Positions 54,936 through 63,803 of a stretch of 64,000 nucleotides of DNA are shown in pieces (the first letter of the stretch is position 1; each line of letters starts with the position of its first letter). Made by a program: the position numbers and the translations under genes. Source of the stretch: a virus; the IMG/VR virus record IMGVR_UViG_3300034102_001514, positions 61,806 to 125,805 of that record, one strand, 5' to 3'. A model generated the notes under the pieces. It was not told the origin of the DNA. It saw only the letters and a program-made list of their open reading frames with translations, and searched no databases.

Positions 54936-56723
54936 TTATGCTCCGAAGTTTAAACCCGTTTCAAGGATTTGATAAATTGTATTAATTGATGAAGTGACAA
55001 TCCGTTTTTCAATTAGACTCAAATTGTCAGACATCTTCTCGTTATGGTCGGCAAGCATCTCCCAATACTCATTTGGTGTACAATTCCAATTCTTATATTT
55101 CTGATTACCAGTTAGGTTATCATCGGTCATACCCAAAAATCCATCTTTAGCATCACCTCCGGTTGAGTTGGGTGATTTATGTAACCATTGGAAACCCTCT
55201 CCGGTCTTGAAGTTTACAAAACTCAACACATCAGTAGATAGTGGATATAGTTTCAATCGTTGGGGGATACCCTCTGACTCAAGGAAGGATGACATTCGTG
55301 TCAACGATTGGTCACGATATTCAGCTTGAAGGTCACGGTCTTTAGAACCAGCTTTCAAGCTAGCATCAACATTCTGAAAAACATACTTGAACAATTTGTC
55401 AAATCGTTGACCGGCACTTGTTGAAGAGTAAACGGAAGATTGTGTTCCAAAATACTCCCATACCAAGATTTGACTACCTTCGTGGTTAACACTACCATTT
55501 AGTAGTTTAGAATACTCATTGACTACTTTAGATGTTAACTTTGATAGTCCAACCGATTTATTGGTTCGTTTGAAGTATAAAACAAAGGTGAATAACAAAA
55601 TTCCGGTGTGGTATTTCTTAATGTGAAGGTCATCCATTGCTGTGATTTTTTTCCCACTTAAATTATGATTTACAATTTTGTTAATCGTATTTGTGATTGT
55701 CTTCCAATCATCCGATTCAAATACCTTTACATATGTGTTCTCATACCATTTAATTAACTCACCATAACTCACTTCCGAAACTACACGCCAGAACATTTTT
55801 TGCCAGTATTCGGTTTCGTTACCATCATCCTTACCATTCTCAAACCCAACAACCATATCGTTGAATTTCTTAAAGTCATCAATCGTTTCACAATAGTGAG
55901 AACCAATGTAGGCTTGGAGGATAGGAATAATCTTAGCTACTTTGTGTTTATCAGCGTAACCCTGATGCCCATACATTAACTTACCTTTACCAAAGATATC
56001 AGTTCCAGCTTTATTAGTGAAGTATTGTAAAACTGTGTCGCCACAATAGTAAGTTTTGTACTCATCTGTTCGTTTCAAAGGAGTCATATAGAAGTTGTAA
56101 GCCAACCAAGCATTTGGTTGTCGGTTACAATTAATCATATCCTTTTCAAATTGTTTTACAGTGTGTAGATTAACGACAAATGCCATTTGACTATTATTAT
56201 AGAATTGACGAAACTCGTCAGAACCATCCACTACATTTTTCAGAGAATACTGAATATCAAGTTCTTGGGGCGTCTTGGTATTAAAATAGGCAGTAATCAT
56301 GTTGATTATACACTTATCATCTTCATTTGTGATGTCGTAATGTTCAATGATGTCTTCACACATCATCAACCACTCATTACCCGTAATGACTTTACTATCA
56401 AAATACTTACCAAACGCCAAAGAAAACATTGTTCCGTTATCACGAATGTAACCAACTTTTGATGGTTTGTCTTTTAGGACAGATACCAATAATTGACCCT
56501 TTTCGGAGATACCACTTATGAAACGAATCAAGTGGTGAAGTTTACCCCAATACTTTTTATGAGTATCCAAATCTTCATCTCGGTTACCCTCATTATCAAG
56601 AGCACCATTTTCAATCAATTCACCACACATTTGGAATGTCACAGTACCCATTGTCCTAACAAAAATAGCGGGCTTTGCTTTGTTCTTACCAACAAACTCA
56701 AGTGCTTTTTTTAAATTTTTCAT
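54936..56723 (-). CDS. large hypothetical protein (possible degenerate C-terminal HNH-like motif)
   Basis: ~595-aa ORF with its own promoter. C-terminal WLHKSPNSTGG...DDN. Confidence 0.7.
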   Translation of the reverse strand: MKNLKKALEFVGKNKAKPAIFVRTMGTVTFQMCGELIENGALDNEGNRDEDLDTHKKYWGKLHHLIRFISGISEKGQLLVSVLKDKPSKVGYIRDNGTMFSLAFGKYFDSKVITGNEWLMMCEDIIEHYDITNEDDKCIINMITAYFNTKTPQELDIQYSLKNVVDGSDEFRQFYNNSQMAFVVNLHTVKQFEKDMINCNRQPNAWLAYNFYMTPLKRTDEYKTYYCGDTVLQYFTNKAGTDIFGKGKLMYGHQGYADKHKVAKIIPILQAYIGSHYCETIDDFKKFNDMVVGFENGKDDGNETEYWQKMFWRVVSEVSYGELIKWYENTYVKVFESDDWKTITNTINKIVNHNLSGKKITAMDDLHIKKYHTGILLFTFVLYFKRTNKSVGLSKLTSKVVNEYSKLLNGSVNHEGSQILVWEYFGTQSSVYSSTSAGQRFDKLFKYVFQNVDASLKAGSKDRDLQAEYRDQSLTRMSSFLESEGIPQRLKLYPLSTDVLSFVNFKTGEGFQWLHKSPNSTGGDAKDGFLGMTDDNLTGNQKYKNWNCTPNEYWEMLADHNEKMSDNLSLIEKRIVTSSINTIYQILETGLNFGA

Positions 56724-56747
56724 ATCTTTCAATTTTTATTTATATTA

Positions 56748-56779
56748 CAAATATACGACATTTTTTTTAAATTACCAAC
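56748..56779 (-). promoter_or_regulatory. Bacteroidetes-type sigma70 promoter
   Basis: GTTG-N20-TATATTTG. Confidence 0.6.
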
Positions 56780-57149
56780 CACCGGCAAAAATAATTTTCT
56801 TCAAATCACTTTTAGCAGTTTCAAGTACCTTGGTTAAAGAAACACTTGAAATTGGTTCAGTTGAATAAGATAGGTTTCCGTGGGCAGTTTCTTTCAACTT
56901 ACAAACACTTTGTGCCATATTCAACATAGGTTTTGGCCAGTTCTTGATGGTATCAACTTCACGCTTCATACCACCATCACCCATATGTCCATTGTATTGG
57001 AACTCCAAAATGTAGTGATTGGTGATTGTTGAGTGAGGGTAAACTGAAAACTGAACCTTACTCATTTGTTTACCATTGTTTTTTAATTTGAAGATTCGTT
57101 TCTCACGACCTTCAGCTAACATAGGGGAAACTTTTTCTACTATTTTCAT
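56772..57149 (-). CDS. hypothetical protein
   Basis: Single gene behind a TTAACA-box promoter. Confidence 0.7.
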   Translation of the reverse strand: MKIVEKVSPMLAEGREKRIFKLKNNGKQMSKVQFSVYPHSTITNHYILEFQYNGHMGDGGMKREVDTIKNWPKPMLNMAQSVCKLKETAHGNLSYSTEPISSVSLTKVLETAKSDLKKIIFAGGW

Positions 57150-57174
57150 TTGTTATTTCTTATTGATTACATAG

Positions 57175-57229
57175 TAAAGATACGAAAAATATTGGAACTG
57201 CCAAATTGCTAATGTTAAGAAATTGTTAA
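57175..57229 (-). promoter_or_regulatory. sigma70 promoter with upstream TTAACA-N5-TTAACA box (near-duplicate of 10049-10103)
   Basis: TTTG-N19-TATCTTTA. Plus-strand TGTTAA at 57213-57218 and 57224-57229. Confidence 0.75.
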
Positions 57230-57231
57230 AT

Positions 57232-58026
57232 TTACCAAAAGTTTACCATATTTTCTGGCTCGTAAGTTTCGTATCGTTCACTCTTTGGTAGAATGTCGCT
57301 GATATCCTTGGGTGGGGTTTCACACGGATGTTTGAGTGAGTTCATCAGTTTCTTCTTCTCGCCTTTATTCGTTGGTAGAATTTGAATGTATCTTAATTTA
57401 GACATTTCCTTTCTACGCCAGAACTCTTTATATCCATCCTTACCAATTTCGGTTTTGAGATGTTCTAAATTGTGAGAACCCCACTTTGAAAATACAGTTC
57501 GTGAGTGAATATAAGTTCCATCTTCACCTTCTAATGAAATACCATAGTTCGGCATCAATTGGATTTTATTGGTGTCTTGGAATAACCAATTCGTAGCACG
57601 ATAAATACCACCTAAATGACCTTGGAATGGGTCTGAATAAGATAATAACATTTTGATGTTAGGAGCGTGTTCCCTCATCCACCTAAATGTTTGTCCCAAT
57701 GCGTATGACTCAATGTTTGACCCATACCCATCGTGAATAAACAATCGTGTTAACTCCAAACATTGGTCGTTACCCAATCCATCAATGATTGAGGTTACAG
57801 CCGACCTACCAACGGGAAACCCATATACAGCGACACCAATCAGTTGTTCATCATTACCAAGAATGTCCAATTCATCAGTTTTGTAAAATATCCCCAAGGC
57901 GTACCTACACATAGTCCACGCATGGGAATAATGATAGGTCACAATCATATCCTTCGCAATGGCTTTGTTGATTTCACGAATGGATACTTTTGAGGTATCT
58001 ACATATGTCTTATTGTCCTCTTTCAA
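57232..58026 (-). CDS. Mom-like (GNAT-fold) DNA modification protein, paralog 2
   Basis: YHYS, LELTRL, NIESYALG and LSYSDPFQGHLGGIYRATNW. Confidence 0.8.
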   Translation of the reverse strand: MKEDNKTYVDTSKVSIREINKAIAKDMIVTYHYSHAWTMCRYALGIFYKTDELDILGNDEQLIGVAVYGFPVGRSAVTSIIDGLGNDQCLELTRLFIHDGYGSNIESYALGQTFRWMREHAPNIKMLLSYSDPFQGHLGGIYRATNWLFQDTNKIQLMPNYGISLEGEDGTYIHSRTVFSKWGSHNLEHLKTEIGKDGYKEFWRRKEMSKLRYIQILPTNKGEKKKLMNSLKHPCETPPKDISDILPKSERYETYEPENMVNFW

Positions 58027-58771
58027 TTGGGTCTAATTTGTAGATTTCTTCTATAAATTCTTCATTTTCCGTTGGATAGGGTAATGATGGGTATTTTAAT
58101 GACTTCAATATACGACTTTTTTTTGAATTATCCAAAATATAAACATACCGATGTTTTCTTAATTCTTTTTTTATCCAAAAAGTAGCTGATGTCATCTCTT
58201 GGATTTTCTTTGGATTGTTGGTTCCAAACTTTACAAATGATGTGCGTGAGTGAGTCCAATCACCACCTTCTTCCCACTTAAATAACCACGAGTCGTTTGG
58301 TCTGATACGATTACCTTGATAAATCCAATTGGTAGACATATAAACAGTCCCCTTATGACCAACTTTTGGGTCAGAGTATGAAATGAGTCCTCGGATGTGG
58401 GGTGCGTTTTCCCTTAACCACTTAAAGGTCTGACCCACAAACCAACTTTCTACATTACACCCATATCCATCAAATACAAATAATCTTGTGAGTTCCAACA
58501 CTTCGGTTCGGGCAAGTAGGGGTGAAATAGATTGGCCGGAATGTCTACCTATGGGGTCTCCATAAGTAGCAACTCCAACTAACTCTTCGTTGACTCCACT
58601 AAAAAATTGGTGTTCCGTTTCTGACTTGTAAAAAAGCCCTAACGCATAAGATACTTTTGTCCAAATACCACTATAATGGTTATTTACAATAATGTCCTTT
58701 GCAACTGATTTTGCAATAGGTCTTATTGAAAATTTGGATGGGTCAAAATATACCTTACCTTCTACTTTCAT
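58010..58771 (-). CDS. Mom-like (GNAT-fold) DNA modification protein, paralog 3
   Basis: NHYS, LELTRL, NVESWFVG, ISYSDPKVGHKGTVYMSTNW, KHRYVY and LPYP. Confidence 0.8.
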   Translation of the reverse strand: MKVEGKVYFDPSKFSIRPIAKSVAKDIIVNNHYSGIWTKVSYALGLFYKSETEHQFFSGVNEELVGVATYGDPIGRHSGQSISPLLARTEVLELTRLFVFDGYGCNVESWFVGQTFKWLRENAPHIRGLISYSDPKVGHKGTVYMSTNWIYQGNRIRPNDSWLFKWEEGGDWTHSRTSFVKFGTNNPKKIQEMTSATFWIKKELRKHRYVYILDNSKKSRILKSLKYPSLPYPTENEEFIEEIYKLDPIERGQ

Positions 58772-58986
58772 TGGTAGTCATTGAATTCACCAAAAAGAAT
58801 ATGAGTCCAAGTTTCACCTTTTACAATCTTACGAATGTTAGCGGATGATACGCCATTGTTTCGTGCAAGAACACGAATGTTTCTATGCCCAATAGCCCAC
58901 AATTTACGAATAGATTTTACCTGTATTTCCGTTAATTTATGTTGTGGGTGTGATTCTCCTCGTAACGACATTCTAAATGTTATCAT
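58768..58986 (-). CDS. stand-alone HTH protein (type found at the C-terminus of phage HNH endonucleases)
   Basis: RGESHPQHKLTEIQVKSIR...LARNNGVSSANIRKIVKGETW. Confidence 0.7.
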   Translation of the reverse strand: MITFRMSLRGESHPQHKLTEIQVKSIRKLWAIGHRNIRVLARNNGVSSANIRKIVKGETWTHILFGEFNDYQ

Positions 58987-59549
58987 TCATACATCATTTG
59001 TCCGTTGGAAACTCCTGATGGTTCAACATCCCACAAATTAATTGCAATTGCGTATCTTGTTCCACGAGTCACTTGAGTAACTTTATGTGGATATTTTCCA
59101 GCAGGAAAAATAATCAATCTATTTGGAACTGCAGCAATTCGTTCTGGCTCTTCACCTTCTTTTGAAAATACTTCAAGGTATCCACCATCAATATCGTGTT
59201 CCCACGGATAAAAAACCGTACCCATAATAGGAACCCTTAATTCGCCGGTTTCTTTGAACCAAAACTCATCTTTGTCAAAGTGCATATTTAGATTATCAGT
59301 ATTACCATCACCAACTTCGGATGCTGAATAAGTTCCAATCCAATACTCAAATCCATATAATTCATAGATGTGGTCAGGCGGACAATTGTCTCTCCAAATA
59401 TACTCAATCAATCTTTTTTTGATAGTATCTGCTGGAGAATTCCACCAACCATCCCACCAATGATATCCTTTTGTATCAAAAAGGGTTTTGTCGTTTCTAA
59501 TCTCGTTTAGAAACTCTTTGTCTTTAATAAAATTATCAATAATAATCAT
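58983..59549 (-). CDS. 2OG-Fe(II) oxygenase
   Basis: IIIDNF, MHFDKDE, GGYLE and PNRLIIF...PHKV...RYAIAINLW. Confidence 0.82.
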   Translation of the reverse strand: MIIIDNFIKDKEFLNEIRNDKTLFDTKGYHWWDGWWNSPADTIKKRLIEYIWRDNCPPDHIYELYGFEYWIGTYSASEVGDGNTDNLNMHFDKDEFWFKETGELRVPIMGTVFYPWEHDIDGGYLEVFSKEGEEPERIAAVPNRLIIFPAGKYPHKVTQVTRGTRYAIAINLWDVEPSGVSNGQMMYE

Positions 59550-59554
59550 AACAT

Positions 59555-61342
59555 CTATCCATCACAACTTAAACAATCCGGGTCAGTAGCTTTCGTAGCA
59601 ATGTCACCACGAAGAACCGATTCCGTTCTCATATAATAAAGGGTTTTAATACCCGACTTCCAAGCTTCCATATGGACTTGATTAATCCACTTTGGAGTTG
59701 CTTGAGATGGAAACGCCAAATTTAGAGAAACCGATTGGTCCACATATTGTTGGCGAATTCCAGCTTGTTTTACCAAATCTAATTGGTTAATTTCTTTGAA
59801 TGTTTTAAATACATCCTTTACCCAATCAATTTCTTTGTTTTCAAAGTTAGATTCGGTCATATCTGAACGATTGGTTAGTTTACTATTGAGGTATCCCCAA
59901 TTGTCTAATTCAGCAATGTCTTGAACTGAACCACCATCTTGTAAGATTTTATCCCAAGTATCTTTATTATTAATACCAATTTTACGGAGAACCTTTTCCA
60001 ATTCAGGATTTCTACGAATAAAGGTTCCTTTAGCAGTTTGTTCCGTAAATACATTTGCTGCCCAAGGTTCAATTCCAGCAGATACATTACCACTCAATTT
60101 TGAGTTTGATACAGTCGGAGCAATTGCCATCAAGTGAGTATTTCTCATACCTGTACCAACACACCATAGGGGTTCGCCCAATTCTTCAGCCATAGCACGA
60201 GATGCTCTTTCAGCTTCAATCTTCATTTGAGAGAAGATTTTACGAGTTTCAAACTGACCTTGTAAACCTTCAAATGGTAGACCTCTTTGTTGTAAGTAAG
60301 TATGCCATCCAAGAACTCCAAGTCCTAAAGCACGACCTTTTTCAGCAGAGCGAACCGAATTTTCAAATCCTCTCATATTCTTGGCTCTCTGAATAAACTC
60401 TTCTAATACACCATCCAAAAACCAAATTGCGGTGTAGATAAGGTCGGTGTCTTTCCACTCATCATATTTAGCCAAATTGACTGATGATAAACAACATACA
60501 AAAGAGTGTGATTCATCCGTGTGAAGTGTAATCTCCGAACAAATATTAGTCATAAAGACCTTTAATCCGTTTTGTTTGTATGCTTCCGGATTGGTTTTAT
60601 TTACATTACCTTTAAACATAATATAGGGTTCGCCGGTAGCTTTTCTTTTCTGAAGAACCTTACCCCATTTGCGTCTTGCTTCAGCGTCACCTTCTTCAAG
60701 TTTTCTCATAAACTTATCACCGATGATTACTGCTTGGTGTAGGTTTAGAGATTGTCGGTTTACATCGCCCTTTGGTTCACGGATTTCAATCCATTGGTCA
60801 AAATCACCGTGTTCAATGTTTAAGTTAATTGAAGCAGCGCCTCTACGAACTGACCCTTGGTTTGTAGCAAGGATTGTTGAGTCGTAGATTTTACAAAATG
60901 GGACCACACCATCAGATGTACCATTGCCGGTAATTTTACTACCTGCCGCTCTAATCATATTAACACCAATACCAACACCACCTCCGTGTTTGGCAAGTAA
61001 CATCATTTCAAGGTTTTTTGCCCCAATTTCTTGGATTGAGTCACCAACATCAATACCAAAACAAGATATCGGAAGTCCCCTATCAGTACCTGTGTTTGAA
61101 AGAACCGGAGTAGCAAGATTAAGCCACCCACGCCAGATGTAATCAAAAAACTTACTAGCAAGTTGGGGTTTACCCAACCTACGAGCCACTGCGGCTGATA
61201 CACGCCAGTAAGCATCCTTTGGGGTTTCTCCTACAAGTAGGTATCCCTTTGAGATTGTTTTTACATAAATTTCAGTATTGCCCCAAACCGGGAAATCTAT
61301 ACCAAGTTCCCATCCGAACTCTTCGCCATAATTTTTTGCCAT
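59555..61342 (-). CDS. nrdA: ribonucleotide reductase class I alpha subunit (no ATP cone)
   Basis: ATPVLSN, PISCF, TNICSEI, IAPTVSNS, DQSVSLN, KTLYY and C-terminal CLSCDG. Confidence 0.96.
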   Translation of the reverse strand: MAKNYGEEFGWELGIDFPVWGNTEIYVKTISKGYLLVGETPKDAYWRVSAAVARRLGKPQLASKFFDYIWRGWLNLATPVLSNTGTDRGLPISCFGIDVGDSIQEIGAKNLEMMLLAKHGGGVGIGVNMIRAAGSKITGNGTSDGVVPFCKIYDSTILATNQGSVRRGAASINLNIEHGDFDQWIEIREPKGDVNRQSLNLHQAVIIGDKFMRKLEEGDAEARRKWGKVLQKRKATGEPYIMFKGNVNKTNPEAYKQNGLKVFMTNICSEITLHTDESHSFVCCLSSVNLAKYDEWKDTDLIYTAIWFLDGVLEEFIQRAKNMRGFENSVRSAEKGRALGLGVLGWHTYLQQRGLPFEGLQGQFETRKIFSQMKIEAERASRAMAEELGEPLWCVGTGMRNTHLMAIAPTVSNSKLSGNVSAGIEPWAANVFTEQTAKGTFIRRNPELEKVLRKIGINNKDTWDKILQDGGSVQDIAELDNWGYLNSKLTNRSDMTESNFENKEIDWVKDVFKTFKEINQLDLVKQAGIRQQYVDQSVSLNLAFPSQATPKWINQVHMEAWKSGIKTLYYMRTESVLRGDIATKATDPDCLSCDG

Positions 61343-61355
61343 AATTTATCTTTTA

Positions 61356-62348
61356 TTAAAAAATATCTTCCCAATTTTCACCTTCACCCGCTTTGGAATA
61401 ATCCGTTGGTCGGAGTGCAAAGAAATCGGTGTGAGTCAAACCACCTGTTAAGTGATAGAACCATTCCAACTGGTCGGCTGATTCTTTATCGTAATTAAAG
61501 TGTGGGTCATATCCCAACTCTACTAATTTTTCATTAGCTCTTTTACGAATAAAGTTTTTCAAATCTTTTGAGTTAAGATTTTCAAGGTCACCCATTTCAA
61601 ACATTTTATCAATAAAGTTTTCTTCTAACTTTACAATCAATTCAGCCGCTTCAATAACTGAATCTCTAACATCCGTTTTTAGACCAGGAAACTCATCACA
61701 CATATGTCTGAAAAGTTGACATCCCATCTTTGAGTGTAGTGATTCATCACGAACTGACCATTTCATTTGTTGACCAATACCCTTTAGAAGGTTTCTCATT
61801 TGGAATGAGTAAAGAACCGCAAATGATGAGTAAAGTGACACACCTTCTGCAAATGCGGAAAAGATTGCGAGTGAACGAGCAACATCTTCCCTTGCTTCTT
61901 TACTCCACTTCAAATCTTCGTGGTTATATTCTGCTTTAGTTTGAATTAGTAAGTCAAACTTTTCAGCAGTAGCGGGCTCGTGTAAAAACGCTTCAAAATC
62001 TTCAAGACCAAGAGTTTCGTTCAAATACGAATATGCTGTAGCGTGAATGGTTTCTTGTGAACCAAACATTATAGCCATTTGTTTAATTTCGTGTTTTGGA
62101 AACCAATGGGTTACCATTGTAGTCCAATAATCAGAAACAGCACATTCGGTTTGAGCAAATCCTAAAAGAATGTTTCCCACCAAGTTTTTTTCCGAAACTG
62201 ACAAATTTTCATTCCAGTCTTTTACATCCCCTTGCATTGGGATTTCGGTATGTAGCCAGAATGCTTGAGCTTGTAATAACCAACCATCGGTATAATAAAC
62301 AGGATACTCAAAGGGTTTGTATGGGATTCGTTCATCAAATAGTGACAT
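61356..62348 (-). CDS. nrdB: ribonucleotide reductase class I beta subunit
   Basis: FWLHTE, QETIHATAYS, FAEGVSLYSSF, RDESLH and DFFALRPTDY. Confidence 0.96.
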   Translation of the reverse strand: MSLFDERIPYKPFEYPVYYTDGWLLQAQAFWLHTEIPMQGDVKDWNENLSVSEKNLVGNILLGFAQTECAVSDYWTTMVTHWFPKHEIKQMAIMFGSQETIHATAYSYLNETLGLEDFEAFLHEPATAEKFDLLIQTKAEYNHEDLKWSKEAREDVARSLAIFSAFAEGVSLYSSFAVLYSFQMRNLLKGIGQQMKWSVRDESLHSKMGCQLFRHMCDEFPGLKTDVRDSVIEAAELIVKLEENFIDKMFEMGDLENLNSKDLKNFIRKRANEKLVELGYDPHFNYDKESADQLEWFYHLTGGLTHTDFFALRPTDYSKAGEGENWEDIF

Positions 62349-62405
62349 GCGATTTCTCCGTTAAATTGTTAGACATATTTTTGTGTGGGTGAATATACAT
62401 AGTAG

Positions 62406-63764
62406 TTAAAAATCTATTTCACCCTTCATTTCTTTATATTTTTGAGCAAGTTCTTTTCTTACTAAACTCTCCCCACCTTTCATCTCTTTTTTGGTTTGTT
62501 GACCAGAAATGGAATCCTCATTATAGATGGAAATTTCACCCGTAGAGAAGTTCGCTTTTGATGGAAAAGTCATACCATCAGGACCAAAACGATTCTTAAT
62601 GACATGCCATCTTCCTGTTCCAGCAAGTTTATCTTCAATCTTACGAGAAAGAGATACCACAAAGTCAGCGGTCATCATTTTGGAAAATGAACCTGCAATT
62701 TTGGTGCCTGTAATAATGTCATCATCTGCACCACTGCGATTGATTTGAGATGCGGTATAAACAGGTATTTCATACTCCCCAGCCATACCCCTCAAGTCCT
62801 CAAAAATGGTTTCTAATTCTTCGTGTCGTTCTTTGTTTGATGGTCCACGCAGTAGGTCAGCATAGTCTACTATCACAACATCCGGCTTTTTACCTCGTAA
62901 AATCATCTTATCCATATGGGCTTTTAATGAAGTCACGCTGGCGGTTTTGGTTGGGTAATGTTTTACAATCAAGTCTCCCTTAACATTCATAACTGATTTC
63001 TTAACATCTTCCATATTGTATTTCAGATTTGCAACTGCAATCTTACTCAAAACAGCATCGTATCTTTGTCCTACATACCCTTCATTTAACTCAAGGGTGT
63101 AATGAGCCACAGTCTTACCTAATTTCATAGCCGCCACGCCGATGTTAACTAAAGACCACGACTTACCGATGCCGGGAGGGGCGGCAAATAAAACTAATTC
63201 ACCTTTTCCAAAACCACCCTGCGTAATTTCATCAATGCACTGCCATCCGGTTGATACTACATTTCTGATAGAATCTTCGTATCGTTCCACAATCATAGTT
63301 TTGTATTCGTGACCCAAATTAGAATCTTGACCTGCTTTCATAGCATCATCAACCTTCTTTTTAATCACATCATACTTACCTTGTTCTAATAACTCTACGG
63401 AATCAAGAATGGCGTTCTTTATACATTGATTTTTACAAAAGTCAAGGGTTTGTTCTTTAACATAGTCTAAATCATCACTTTCAAGGTGATTCCACGCAAA
63501 TTTAAGTGTATCTACAATACTTGTTTTTAGAACATCCCTATCTACGGTATTAATTCGGACTTTTAAGACATCCAGCGTTGGTAGTTTTTCGTATTCTTCA
63601 AGATGAGACATAATTTCACGAACCAGCCACTCTGATGCTTCTGAATCAAAGTATTCTGATTTTATAATGTCAAATACTTGGCGAGAAAAACTCCTATCAC
63701 TCAACAACGCTGATATGATTTTGTTTTGGAACGATGTTCCGTATTTACTTCCGAATTTTTCCAT
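62406..63764 (-). CDS. replicative DNA helicase (DnaB / T4 gp41-like)
   Basis: AAPPGIGKS, YTLEL, IVDYADLL, TASQINR and KNRFG. Likely start MEKFGSKY. Confidence 0.93.
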   Translation of the reverse strand: MEKFGSKYGTSFQNKIISALLSDRSFSRQVFDIIKSEYFDSEASEWLVREIMSHLEEYEKLPTLDVLKVRINTVDRDVLKTSIVDTLKFAWNHLESDDLDYVKEQTLDFCKNQCIKNAILDSVELLEQGKYDVIKKKVDDAMKAGQDSNLGHEYKTMIVERYEDSIRNVVSTGWQCIDEITQGGFGKGELVLFAAPPGIGKSWSLVNIGVAAMKLGKTVAHYTLELNEGYVGQRYDAVLSKIAVANLKYNMEDVKKSVMNVKGDLIVKHYPTKTASVTSLKAHMDKMILRGKKPDVVIVDYADLLRGPSNKERHEELETIFEDLRGMAGEYEIPVYTASQINRSGADDDIITGTKIAGSFSKMMTADFVVSLSRKIEDKLAGTGRWHVIKNRFGPDGMTFPSKANFSTGEISIYNEDSISGQQTKKEMKGGESLVRKELAQKYKEMKGEIDF

Positions 63765-63769
63765 AGACA

Positions 63770-63801
63770 CTAATATACGACTTTATTTTGAATTATCCAA
63801 A
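63770..63801 (-). promoter_or_regulatory. Bacteroidetes-type sigma70 promoter
   Basis: TTTG-N20-TATATTAG. Confidence 0.65.
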
Positions 63802-63803
63802 TC

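Noticed and set aside
51297-62348. Inteins or group I introns in polB, nrdA or nrdB
   Set aside because: Protein lengths are normal or compact and the catalytic motifs are contiguous.
295-62983. All short plus-strand ORFs in the supplied track
   Set aside because: Each lies mostly or entirely antisense to well-supported minus-strand genes and has no recognisable motif.
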